IMG/VR virus record: IMGVR_UViG_3300023179_000009
Coordinates: 124,001-188,000 of that record
Reading direction: 5' to 3' (one strand)
DNA: 64,000 bases
This document shows, in pieces, positions 37,719 through 46,597 of this stretch (positions within the stretch are counted from its first letter, which is position 1; each line of letters opens with the position of its first letter). Below the pieces are notes generated by a model. It was not told the DNA's origin and did not search any database. It was given only the letters and a program-made list of their open reading frames with translations. The translations under genes and the position numbers were made by a program.

Positions 37719-37781
37719 TGAGGAATGCCGAACAGGTCTACATCAAAAGGTTTAATGAACTTGTTCAAAATTTTGTCCTCA
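37719..37781 (+). ncRNA. Y-RNA-like RNA 2 (paralog of RNA 1)
   Basis: TGAGGA/TCCTCA and GAACAGGT/ACTTGTTC stems; shares GGAATGCCG, GGTCyACATC and TGTCC with RNA 1; 3' U tract. Confidence 0.7.
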
Positions 37782-37797
37782 TTTTTGGAGAAAAATT

Positions 37798-38214
37798 GTG
37801 AAAAATAAAATTTATCTTGTTGTTTCTTTAATTCTGGGCTTATTTTTTGTTTTCTTTATTTCTAATTTAGAAAACAAAAAATCTAATTCTAATTCATTGA
37901 TTAATAAAAAAACTCAGCAAGAAAATAATTTTGTTGTTGAAATAAACAATAAAATAGATGAATCAAAAATTTATGAGATTGCCTATCAAAGAGGATACAA
38001 TTCTTTTATGAGACAAGTGGGAAGACCAGATCTTGTTCACAACGGCAACAATAATGAAAAAATTGAGATGTATACATCAAATATAATTGAAGAGATGTCA
38101 GAGGAAGAAAAACAAAAAATAGAAAAAATATCTGCCAAAGCTTATGTCGATGGATATCATAAAGCAGGCGATTCCACCGTTTGTCCTAGATTCAAAGAAG
38201 CAAGACACAATTAA
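37798..38214 (+). CDS. Membrane-anchored hypothetical protein
   Basis: GTG with GGAG RBS; N-terminal TM helix. Confidence 0.65.
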   Translation: MKNKIYLVVSLILGLFFVFFISNLENKKSNSNSLINKKTQQENNFVVEINNKIDESKIYEIAYQRGYNSFMRQVGRPDLVHNGNNNEKIEMYTSNIIEEMSEEEKQKIEKISAKAYVDGYHKAGDSTVCPRFKEARHN

Positions 38215-38927
38215 TTATCCAGCGGTCTTGGAATATAATTTTTTGGGTAAACGCCTTGTGGGTTGTTTTTGTCTACTATTGGTATTTTTCCTAGTAAACC
38301 TTCAACCTTATCGGGGAAAATATCTTTTTTTCCATAAATTACCAATATCCAGCCTCCCCATAATTTATTAAACTTGTCCATGCTCCAAGTTTGTATCCTT
38401 AGACTTCTGTCAGAGTTGTCTATAATTTTTACAATTTTATTTTTTTCGTCGTAGTGGCAAATCACTATGGCATGACCAGGAACGTCCATTAGGGCACCAC
38501 GACCCTCAGCCATTGCACGTTTTAATAATTCTATAGCTTTGATTTTGTTATTATAAACATTTTCAAATTTCACCCCAAAAGTGCTTAATTTAGAAGAAGC
38601 GTCTTTGGGGCCAGAATAACTTTTGCAACCCGGCCTGCTAGTCAAAGGATCTGGCTCTAAAAGTTCTTTTATCTCTCCCCAACGAGCCAAACACTCTAAA
38701 GATGAAAAAACACATTGTATACCTGTGTAATTTTTAACTCTGCAATCCATAGGTATAGGACACTGTACATCTTTTAACTCATCTTCATCCGGGGTTCCAG
38801 AGTCGTATTCTTGTGTGTAAGTTGTGCTATAGTTTGAATCCCAAACAGGTAGTTGGGAAAAATTTTTTTCTTTTTGTGTACAACCAGAGACAAAAAGAAA
38901 AAAGATTACAATTAAAATTTTTCTCAT
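38211..38927 (-). CDS. Lipoprotein with papain-like (C39-like) cysteine peptidase domain
   Basis: Lipobox FVSG|C; QCVFSS (Cys), PGHAI (His), IIDNSD (Asp/Asn); start at MRKIL with AAGGAGG. Confidence 0.7.
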   Translation of the reverse strand: MRKILIVIFFLFVSGCTQKEKNFSQLPVWDSNYSTTYTQEYDSGTPDEDELKDVQCPIPMDCRVKNYTGIQCVFSSLECLARWGEIKELLEPDPLTSRPGCKSYSGPKDASSKLSTFGVKFENVYNNKIKAIELLKRAMAEGRGALMDVPGHAIVICHYDEKNKIVKIIDNSDRSLRIQTWSMDKFNKLWGGWILVIYGKKDIFPDKVEGLLGKIPIVDKNNPQGVYPKNYIPRPLDN

Positions 38928-38998
38928 TACAGCCTCCTTGTGTAATACTCTAATATTTAGTATTATCAACTAATCATATTCCACAGCGGTACACGATT

Positions 38999-39976
38999 AT
39001 GTTTAAGTCAATTACAAAAGAACAAGCAAAAAACCTTGTCTTGGAAATACTCAAAAAATCTGGGAAGAGATTGAGTCAAGAATTACAAGGCGATAACGAA
39101 GAGTTCCTAGATCGTTTGCTGAGACAGTTCAAAACAAAAATTGCACGTTGTTCTTGGAAGAAATCACAACATTGGTGCAAGTGGGATAATGATGGACCAA
39201 TTCTTATGCCGGATTTTACTAGAATATATTACACAAAAGGAACCACCGAGGTGCTTGTGCAAGAGTTTGCTCCTCAAATTAGACTTCTAAAGTTTAAAAG
39301 TGATTTAGTTCTTAAGTCAAATAATTTTGATTTAATTGAAAACAAAACTGACTTAGCTAAAGTTTTTAATTATTCTTTATCTCTTCCCTATGTTGTTTTT
39401 ATTTTTAAATTTGTTGATGGCTTTTTTGTAGAGGTTAAGTGTTCTTTTTTAGACAAACCTCTTAAAAATTTACAAGAAAAACCACTAAAACCTTATTTGC
39501 CAAATATAGATTCTAATTTAAATGTTTGCCTGGGATCTGGCTTTGATAAATCTATGTTAGAAAAGGGAAATGTGACCCAACAATCAGCTTTGGTTTTAAA
39601 TTATTTTTGGAACTCTGTTTTTTCAAATGAATGGGCGGATCACTATTGGTATTATCGTTCTTATTTTCAGAAAGGTGATATTCGTTTGTCAAATTTGGAT
39701 TCTTGGCAGTCCAATTCTATGAACGATCCACTTTTCGTGATAGATGGCGTTAACTGGACGCACAATTCAGATTTTAACTATGGTGACACTATAGTGAAAA
39801 TGTTTGACAACGATAAAAAAAATATAGTACTACAAGAAGAACTATACCAAGAACTATCTGAAGATTTTTTGAAAGAAGTTGTTAAAATAATCAATGAAAA
39901 TATAGAAAATCTCAACAACAGACCTCCAGAAAATTTAGTTGATCAATTGGCAGACTACCTCGTTTCAAATATTTGA
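38999..39976 (+). CDS. Prokaryotic E2-like (PRTRC protein B type) conjugating enzyme
   Basis: SLPYVVF and PYLPNIDSNLNVCLG (catalytic Cys), FWNSVFS; first gene of the E2-JAB-E1-Ubl operon. Confidence 0.65.
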   Translation: MFKSITKEQAKNLVLEILKKSGKRLSQELQGDNEEFLDRLLRQFKTKIARCSWKKSQHWCKWDNDGPILMPDFTRIYYTKGTTEVLVQEFAPQIRLLKFKSDLVLKSNNFDLIENKTDLAKVFNYSLSLPYVVFIFKFVDGFFVEVKCSFLDKPLKNLQEKPLKPYLPNIDSNLNVCLGSGFDKSMLEKGNVTQQSALVLNYFWNSVFSNEWADHYWYYRSYFQKGDIRLSNLDSWQSNSMNDPLFVIDGVNWTHNSDFNYGDTIVKMFDNDKKNIVLQEELYQELSEDFLKEVVKIINENIENLNNRPPENLVDQLADYLVSNI

Positions 39977-39982
39977 GAAAAA

Positions 39983-40897
39983 ATGAACACTGAATGGACT
40001 CCAGATTTTCCAGTTTATGTTTATTATAAAGACATGAAACTTCCGGATAGTGGCAATTATTTTGTGATTGCTGGCAATGGTTGCTGGATGCACAAAGACA
40101 CAGGTTTGTGTAAGTGTTTTATACCAGTCGATAGAATTAGTTTTTTAGACGATCTTAAAACTGACCTAAGATTAGAGTTTAACTTGCCAAAAATACCACC
40201 AGATTTGGTTTGGCAAGTTAAACAATTTTTCAAAATTGTTTTCGATAATTTTTCGTCAGAGGCAGAGGTTAATTTATTATTTAATAAAAAAGAAAATAAG
40301 TTTAAGATCCATGTGCCAGAGCAAATTGTTAGCCACACTAGTGTGAAATATAAACGTTGGAGTTCAAACCAATCAGAGGATTTAAAAGATTATTTATTTG
40401 TTGGAACTTTTCATTCACATAGTGACTTTGATTCATTTCATAGTCACACGGATGTTCAAGATGAGACACATCTGGATGGTGTTCATTTTACTTTTGGCAA
40501 TAACGATAAAAAAGAGTTTAGTATAACTGCAAGTATAGTTATAAATGGATTTAGAAAAGAAGTAGATCCTTTAAATTTCTTACAAGGAATTCAAAATTCG
40601 GACCTTGAAGAAAGATTCATTTTTATTAATCATAAAAATGAAAAACAGGATGAACTGTTGCAAGAAGTTAACGATTGGTTAGAAAATGTAAAACCTTTAA
40701 ATAATAAGTATCTAAAAAAACAATACGCACACTGGAAAGACGGTATGTTTTCTTCCACCCTCAGGAACCATTTTGGCAATGGTCCTTTTGAGGTTTTGTC
40801 AAAAAAAGAAGACAAAATATCACTTAAATCATTGAATGGTGGTGCATTTGAATTATCAAATAAACTTTTTGAAATAAGGTCAAAAGATGGAAAATAA
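39983..40897 (+). CDS. JAB/MPN+ deconjugating metallopeptidase
   Basis: SEAEV (Glu) and GTFHSHSDFDSFHSHTDVQDE (HxH-x7-S-xx-D). Confidence 0.85.
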   Translation: MNTEWTPDFPVYVYYKDMKLPDSGNYFVIAGNGCWMHKDTGLCKCFIPVDRISFLDDLKTDLRLEFNLPKIPPDLVWQVKQFFKIVFDNFSSEAEVNLLFNKKENKFKIHVPEQIVSHTSVKYKRWSSNQSEDLKDYLFVGTFHSHSDFDSFHSHTDVQDETHLDGVHFTFGNNDKKEFSITASIVINGFRKEVDPLNFLQGIQNSDLEERFIFINHKNEKQDELLQEVNDWLENVKPLNNKYLKKQYAHWKDGMFSSTLRNHFGNGPFEVLSKKEDKISLKSLNGGAFELSNKLFEIRSKDGK

Positions 40898-41597
40898 TAT
40901 AGAAAAAATTAAAATCATAGGTCTGGGCGGAATTGGCTCCTATCTTTTAGATCCAATCTCTAGGTATCTGTCTTGCTCCGAAAAACAATATGAGATAACT
41001 TTTATCGATGGTGATTTTTATGAAGAAAAAAATTTAAATAGACAAAACTTTAGTTTATTTCAAAATAAAGCAAAGGATGCATTCGAGAGAATGCAAAGCG
41101 TTTTTAAAAACATTCACTTTAAATACAAGCCAGAATATGTAAACGAAGACAATGTGGTGTCTTTAATAAGAAATAATGATATAATATTTTTATGTGTAGA
41201 TAATCACTCCACCAGAAAAACTGTATCGGATAGGTGCAAAGAATTAGATAATGTTGTTTTGATAAGTGGAGGAAATGATTTAATAGATGGGAATGTTATA
41301 ATTTATATTAGAAAAAACTCAGTAGATATCACACGATCCTTAACGGATTTGGATCCAAGAATACACAACCCAAAAGACAGCAATCCTTCAACTTTGAAAA
41401 ATAATAGTGGTTGCCAAAATTCTACCCAATCCGAACCTCAATTGCTTTTCACAAATTTTGCCGTTGCCTCCACTATGCTGAACTGTTTTAGAAGATACGA
41501 AAATAACGATGTGAATTTTCATCAAGTTTATATTGATATACAAACTCTAAGAACTAGACCTTCACCAGAGGTAGAAATTGAAAAGAGGAATTTTTAA
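40887..41597 (+). CDS. ThiF/E1-like activating enzyme
   Basis: IIGLGGIGS, IDGDFYEEKNLNRQ, FLCVDN, ISGGND, candidate catalytic Cys in SGC. Confidence 0.9.
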   Translation: MENNIEKIKIIGLGGIGSYLLDPISRYLSCSEKQYEITFIDGDFYEEKNLNRQNFSLFQNKAKDAFERMQSVFKNIHFKYKPEYVNEDNVVSLIRNNDIIFLCVDNHSTRKTVSDRCKELDNVVLISGGNDLIDGNVIIYIRKNSVDITRSLTDLDPRIHNPKDSNPSTLKNNSGCQNSTQSEPQLLFTNFAVASTMLNCFRRYENNDVNFHQVYIDIQTLRTRPSPEVEIEKRNF

Positions 41598-41942
41598 ATG
41601 TCGCAAGAAAGAAGAACAGATCAAGGCGATCTAACAAACAAAAAAGATACCCTAGACTCCACCAAAGACAAAACCGAGATTGTTTTTTCTCAAGCAACAA
41701 AAACTGATTCTAAGGTAAGAGTTGTTCATGGGGCCAATCAAGAATATTTCAATTTAGCAGGAAAGACCGTGGGATCAGTTAGAAAAAATTTAAGAGAAAT
41801 TTTTAATATACCTAGCGATGCAGAGGCCCTCATCTCAGGAAACGCTGTTCCTGATGATTTTGTTCTTGAGGGCGGTCAATCTCTTGAATTTTTAAAAGAA
41901 AGTGGAGTAAAGGGTTTTGAAAAAATGTGCTTCTTTTATTGA
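41598..41942 (+). CDS. Ubiquitin-like (beta-grasp) protein with C-terminal extension
   Basis: VRVVHG...GKTVGSVR...FNIP...ALISG...VLEGGQSLEFLKESGVKG then FEKMCFFY. Confidence 0.75.
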   Translation: MSQERRTDQGDLTNKKDTLDSTKDKTEIVFSQATKTDSKVRVVHGANQEYFNLAGKTVGSVRKNLREIFNIPSDAEALISGNAVPDDFVLEGGQSLEFLKESGVKGFEKMCFFY

Positions 41943-42549
41943 AACTAGGATTGGTAATAATTATATTGATTCTATAAATAATCACCTTAGACACTTGTGT
42001 GGTTGGGATTTTTTTGTTTTAACTACAAAAAAATCTTGGAATAGTTTTTACAATTGCTTAAATTTAAAATTTAAATACATTAACGAAATAAAAGATTCAA
42101 ATGATTACAACAAAATGCTTACTAGTTTTGATTTTTGGAATTTTTTTGTGAAAAAAAAATATGATAGAGTTTTAATATGTCAACACGACTCTGGCTTGCT
42201 CTTAAATAACATTGATGATTATTTAGAGTATGATTATGTTGGATCCCCCTGGGATTTTCAAGAACATGGTGGCAATGGCGGCTTGTCTTTAAGGAATCCC
42301 AAAGTTATGAGGGATATATGTTCCAATTTTTTATTTGATACAAGTTATTTTAACGAAGACATCTTCTTCTGTGATATTATGTACAAACAAAAAATAGGAA
42401 ATATGGCCCCTAGAGAAGTTTGTAGAAAATTTTCTATGGAGGTAATACTAGAATTAAACACAACAGGATATCACGGTATTGAAAAATATCATCATCCAAA
42501 TGTGGTTGATACGATAAAGTCTCAAGAAATTATTTCTTCAAAACTTTAA
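41917..42549 (+). CDS. DUF5672-like (glycosyltransferase-like) protein
   Basis: VLICQHDS, YDYVGSPW, GGNGGLSLRN, NEDIFF, FSME, GYHG. Confidence 0.7.
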   Translation: MKKCASFIETRIGNNYIDSINNHLRHLCGWDFFVLTTKKSWNSFYNCLNLKFKYINEIKDSNDYNKMLTSFDFWNFFVKKKYDRVLICQHDSGLLLNNIDDYLEYDYVGSPWDFQEHGGNGGLSLRNPKVMRDICSNFLFDTSYFNEDIFFCDIMYKQKIGNMAPREVCRKFSMEVILELNTTGYHGIEKYHHPNVVDTIKSQEIISSKL

Positions 42550-42751
42550 TTCCAAAAAATATTAACACAATTGAAATTAGAGAAATTGGCACAGGAGCAA
42601 ATATCAACCAATATATTGATATAATTAAGCCCATAACAGCAAAAATTTTTGATAAAATTTTAAATTTTAAGTAATCAAACAAAAAAGCCAAAGGAACAAA
42701 AGTTAAAACACTAAGAAAAATTAAACAAACAAGGAGTGCTAAAGAAAACAT
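42530..42751 (-). CDS. Small multi-pass membrane protein
   Basis: Almost entirely hydrophobic 73 aa. Confidence 0.5.
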   Translation of the reverse strand: MFSLALLVCLIFLSVLTFVPLAFLFDYLKFKILSKIFAVMGLIISIYWLIFAPVPISLISIVLIFFGIKVLKK

Positions 42752-42755
42752 TTTT

Positions 42756-45524
42756 TCAACTCGTTGTTAAGGTTGCTATTTGACGACTCATTTTTCCGAT
42801 TGGTTGTTTTTTTGGAACAATGCCTTTTTGTCTATTTTTTATAATTTTTGGCACATAAGCAAAATCACAAGGATCTCCTACGTCACACCAACCGCCATCA
42901 ATTTGAGATCTTAAATTGTTAACTTCTTGCGGTTGCTCTTCTTTAAATTCTATTAATTTGGATTTTTTAATTACTTGTGTTTTTAGGATATTATCGCTGG
43001 CTAAAGCATAGCCATAACTTGTTGTTCTTTTCAAGAAAGGTTTTAAGTTTTCACTTCTAGCCTTCCCGCCAGTTTTTGCAAATCCCGTAATTGGAGGAGG
43101 CCCGTAAAATTGCGTTAAAGAATGAAAGCCCTTGCAAGCAACGCCTTTTGTTGGGAATGTATTGAAATGTATATTTTCCTTATTTTCTCCATTTAAGCTT
43201 ATTCCTCCTTCAATATAGGGTTGAATTCCTATGACAAAATTGCCCCCGATAATAGAAGATCCAAAGATGCTTTGATTGTATATTAGTTTTATATCAAGCA
43301 AGCCGCTGGCAATTAGTCCAAAAGAGTCTATGGCAACATTGTTCGACTTAATATTTTCCGATTTGGGCGAAACAAAAGAACCGCCAATCATGCCGAGAGA
43401 TAAGGATTTTTCAGACTCTCCGGATGTTGTTGCCCCTCCGCTTACATCAGAATTATTATAGATCAGTTGCTCAAGGGCCGATCCACTAATTGACGCCCCG
43501 CCGGAGGACACTTCATTGTTGAACATTCCCGTATTCGATGTTCCACCCAACACCGCATCGGTATTATTTTTTGCCGATCCGCTTACCCAGACTAATTTTC
43601 TTTCTCCTCCCAAGAAACCATTATTCAACGAACTGTAGCTTAAAGGACCAGGAGTTGAGAAGTTGGCACTAGGTGTGTTCCCACCAGAAACTGTTAGTGT
43701 GATCGGCCCAAAACCAAATAAAGTTGAGAGGCCATTTTGTGGAGGCGTGCTTATAGATCGGAATATTCTAAAACCAGGGTTGGCACTATAGGTTAATCTT
43801 CCGGGAAATTGTCCATTGAAAAAAGCAATCGGATAAGATTCGGGTACATTTAAAATGTATGTTCCAGATTGCAGTCCGTAGAAATTAGATTCACGATCAT
43901 TGTTAAAAACATATTCAAGTTGACCATCTATTCCGGTTGGTCTTACACGAACTTCATTGATCACAGGGTTGTTGGGATTTAGTGACGGTCTTAGTAACGA
44001 TACATTTTGCCAATTGCCATTTAAAACCCTTCCACCAACGGCAGATCCTCCCAAAATTAAATTGCCGCTACCTGTCGATACTTCTAAACCCAATACCGCC
44101 GATCCAGACAAGCCAACTCCATTTGTTGGCTCAAATTTCGGGTAAGATACAAGTGACGCACCTGAAGCAATAATTGATTTAGAAACATCAACAGATACGT
44201 TGTTTACTTGCTCACCCTTAGTATCTCCGTTTAAAACCAAACCACCATTTCCAAATTCGAAAATATTTTGAGTGTAAAAAACTGATATTTCTGCATAATC
44301 AACCAAGCCAACTGAGTTAAGTGCTGGGTCTCCTAAAACTTCTAAAACTACACCAAAGTCTTCGTTGTTAACCTCGTTATAATCCCAAACTTTCCCCCAT
44401 GTATCTGTATTGCCGCCATATGAATATGGCGGCAATACAGATGACGATGTCCAATTTCCATTTAATTTTTTATTTGTTGGTACTATCTCTTTGATTCCAT
44501 TATTGCTCCAAACCAATCCAACAAACGAATCTGATATTTCTCCTGCGGGGGCATATTTTTTAACTTTAAGCGATATTCCAAGTACCACACTAAACTCTGG
44601 AATTTCTAATTTGAAATTAGATAAATATAAAAATGTACTTGATCCAACCGATGAATTGAATGTCACTATCGCTGTCTGGAGGTCATTTGGTAAAAGTGAT
44701 CCATTTAAGTTATTCCAACTAACAGCCCCACTCACCCCTGTTGGTAAATTGTTTGCTGTATTTGCAAAATTTTTGATTGGGTTTGATAATCTTCCAACAA
44801 CGTCAGACCTGCCGCCTGCTTTTAATCCATAACCCTCTACAATAAAATTGTTCAAACGAACTGCTGACCCACCTAAAGCAACGCCCCCTGTTGCCGGAAT
44901 GTCTCTTAGAACTCTAACTCCTGCTTCTCCTGTGGCGAAGAACAAATTATCAGGAACAATAAATCTTGTTATTTTTCTTATTGTCGAATTCCCACTCAGC
45001 ACCACATCTGTGTTTGCTCCAAGACAAGATGTTGAATAAACAAGATTATTTAAACCTCCCAAATAACCATCATTGTATGACTGGTAACTTAAAGGTGATG
45101 TTCCTATGTTGGCTGTTATTGTTAAAGTTACCGTTCCCCAGAAAAAGTCATATTTGTTACCATCTAAAGCAGTCTTGTTTCCTTTAAAATTTGATCCTAT
45201 ATAATTAACTCTTAATCTTCCAACATTCAAAAAAGCAATAGGGTGCGACTCTGGTATATTGAATATGTAAGTTCCTATGGCCAACCCATATATTCCGAAT
45301 TCTCCACCAAAAACATAAACATTTTCTCCATTTATATTTTTTATCTCAACATTATTTACAACAACATTTGGCCCGGTAGTTGCGAGGGTCTGCCTCAAAC
45401 AGATTAACGTTGCGGATTCGGTGTTGTAAATTGTTGAAACGCCTGAAAAGCCACCGTTAAATAAACCTCCGGAGGATTCTTCCAAGTACTCTGATTGTGC
45501 GGACAGGTTGATTTCTTTGGCCAT
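42756..45524 (-). CDS. Large Gly/Ser-rich probable virion protein with duplicated internal domain
   Basis: GGxxxSGxA repeats; two copies of YGL..GTY..N.PES.PIAF...T.T...PLSY.S.N.G.LGG...LV; domain shared with 27806..31045. Confidence 0.65.
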   Translation of the reverse strand: MAKEINLSAQSEYLEESSGGLFNGGFSGVSTIYNTESATLICLRQTLATTGPNVVVNNVEIKNINGENVYVFGGEFGIYGLAIGTYIFNIPESHPIAFLNVGRLRVNYIGSNFKGNKTALDGNKYDFFWGTVTLTITANIGTSPLSYQSYNDGYLGGLNNLVYSTSCLGANTDVVLSGNSTIRKITRFIVPDNLFFATGEAGVRVLRDIPATGGVALGGSAVRLNNFIVEGYGLKAGGRSDVVGRLSNPIKNFANTANNLPTGVSGAVSWNNLNGSLLPNDLQTAIVTFNSSVGSSTFLYLSNFKLEIPEFSVVLGISLKVKKYAPAGEISDSFVGLVWSNNGIKEIVPTNKKLNGNWTSSSVLPPYSYGGNTDTWGKVWDYNEVNNEDFGVVLEVLGDPALNSVGLVDYAEISVFYTQNIFEFGNGGLVLNGDTKGEQVNNVSVDVSKSIIASGASLVSYPKFEPTNGVGLSGSAVLGLEVSTGSGNLILGGSAVGGRVLNGNWQNVSLLRPSLNPNNPVINEVRVRPTGIDGQLEYVFNNDRESNFYGLQSGTYILNVPESYPIAFFNGQFPGRLTYSANPGFRIFRSISTPPQNGLSTLFGFGPITLTVSGGNTPSANFSTPGPLSYSSLNNGFLGGERKLVWVSGSAKNNTDAVLGGTSNTGMFNNEVSSGGASISGSALEQLIYNNSDVSGGATTSGESEKSLSLGMIGGSFVSPKSENIKSNNVAIDSFGLIASGLLDIKLIYNQSIFGSSIIGGNFVIGIQPYIEGGISLNGENKENIHFNTFPTKGVACKGFHSLTQFYGPPPITGFAKTGGKARSENLKPFLKRTTSYGYALASDNILKTQVIKKSKLIEFKEEQPQEVNNLRSQIDGGWCDVGDPCDFAYVPKIIKNRQKGIVPKKQPIGKMSRQIATLTTS

Positions 45525-45577
45525 AAATATTATTTAGATTATTTTTTATAAAAAACTATTATAATTTAAGAAAACAA

Positions 45578-45650
45578 CAGGGCGTAGCGCAATTGGTAGC
45601 GTCCTTGCTTTGGGAGCAAGTGGTTGGAAGTTCGAGTCTTCTCGCCCTGA
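45578..45650 (+). tRNA. tRNA-Pro(UGG)
   Basis: CAGGGCG/CGCCCTG acceptor, CTTGC-TTTGGGA-GCAAG anticodon arm, TTCGAGT T loop; no CCA. Confidence 0.93.
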
Positions 45651-45658
45651 TGAAACTA

Positions 45659-45696
45659 AAACGGCTAGTGTTTTAAAACACTAGCCGTTTGTTTTT
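45659..45696. terminator. Perfect 32-bp palindrome, probable terminator after tRNA-Pro and the convergent gene
   Basis: AAACGGCTAGTGTTTT|AAAACACTAGCCGTTT followed by GTTTTT. Confidence 0.75.
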
Positions 45697-45714
45697 AAAA
45701 ATTTAAGAATTTAA

Positions 45715-45939
45715 TTAACGAATGTTGGGATATGAGGACAATCCACCAATATCATCGGTGAATGTGCCGCCATCTTTTACATTTCCAACCATTTTTCTTC
45801 CGCTATTGGTTACAACGTGAACTCCGAACATGGTTCTTTGGAGCGAATTGCCGTTAGCGTCTCTGACGGTATCTAAAGATCCCTCAGAAGCCATTCCCAC
45901 AGCGGTTGCGGGGGTCAGATCTACTGTATAAGTTGCCAT
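45715..45939 (-). CDS. Small hypothetical protein, possible virion component
   Basis: AAGGAG RBS before ATG 45939; TATAAATA upstream on the minus strand. Confidence 0.7.
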   Translation of the reverse strand: MATYTVDLTPATAVGMASEGSLDTVRDANGNSLQRTMFGVHVVTNSGRKMVGNVKDGGTFTDDIGGLSSYPNIR

Positions 45940-46005
45940 AGTTTTTCTCCTTTGCAAAGAATGAAATCTACATATATTTATAATTTATAATTCAAAATTT
46001 ATTGG

Positions 46006-46593
46006 ATGTATTTAATGATTATATCGTGTAGTTGGGATGATGGTACACGCTCAGACAAAAAATTAGTTAGATTATTAAACGAACTTGGTATTAAATCAAC
46101 TTTTTTCTTAGTTGGGAGACACTTTAATAAAGATTGGAAACAACTTTATCAAGGCCACGAAGTTGGCAACCACACGATGAATCATGTCAATCTTTTGAAA
46201 TGTAATTTTAAGGAAATTAAAAAAGAAATATCAGACTGTCAAAAATTGTTGGAAGACACCTTTCAGAAGAGAATAGTTGGTTTTTGTTATCCTTATGGCC
46301 ATCGATCCAACTATATTGATGATATTGTTTTTGAGCAAAATTTTCTTTACACTAGAACAACAAGAATTATTGATGAATTTAACCCAAAAAGAATAGATAG
46401 CCAATCTTGTTTTGATAATAAAAATAAATTTTGGCAAACTTATTATAATAAAAATAAATATTTTGTTTTTCACGGTCATTCGCAGAGAATTGTCAATGAA
46501 CCAAATTTAAGAGATAATTTTAAAAAGTTAGTTGAAGATAAAAATATTTTTGTCACACATGATAAAATTATTCAACTTAGAAATACAATTTAA
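46006..46593 (+). CDS. Polysaccharide deacetylase (NodB/CE4)
   Basis: SWDDG, KSTFF, HEVGNHTMNH, FCYPYG, FHGHS. Confidence 0.88.
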   Translation: MYLMIISCSWDDGTRSDKKLVRLLNELGIKSTFFLVGRHFNKDWKQLYQGHEVGNHTMNHVNLLKCNFKEIKKEISDCQKLLEDTFQKRIVGFCYPYGHRSNYIDDIVFEQNFLYTRTTRIIDEFNPKRIDSQSCFDNKNKFWQTYYNKNKYFVFHGHSQRIVNEPNLRDNFKKLVEDKNIFVTHDKIIQLRNTI

Positions 46594-46597
46594 TAAT

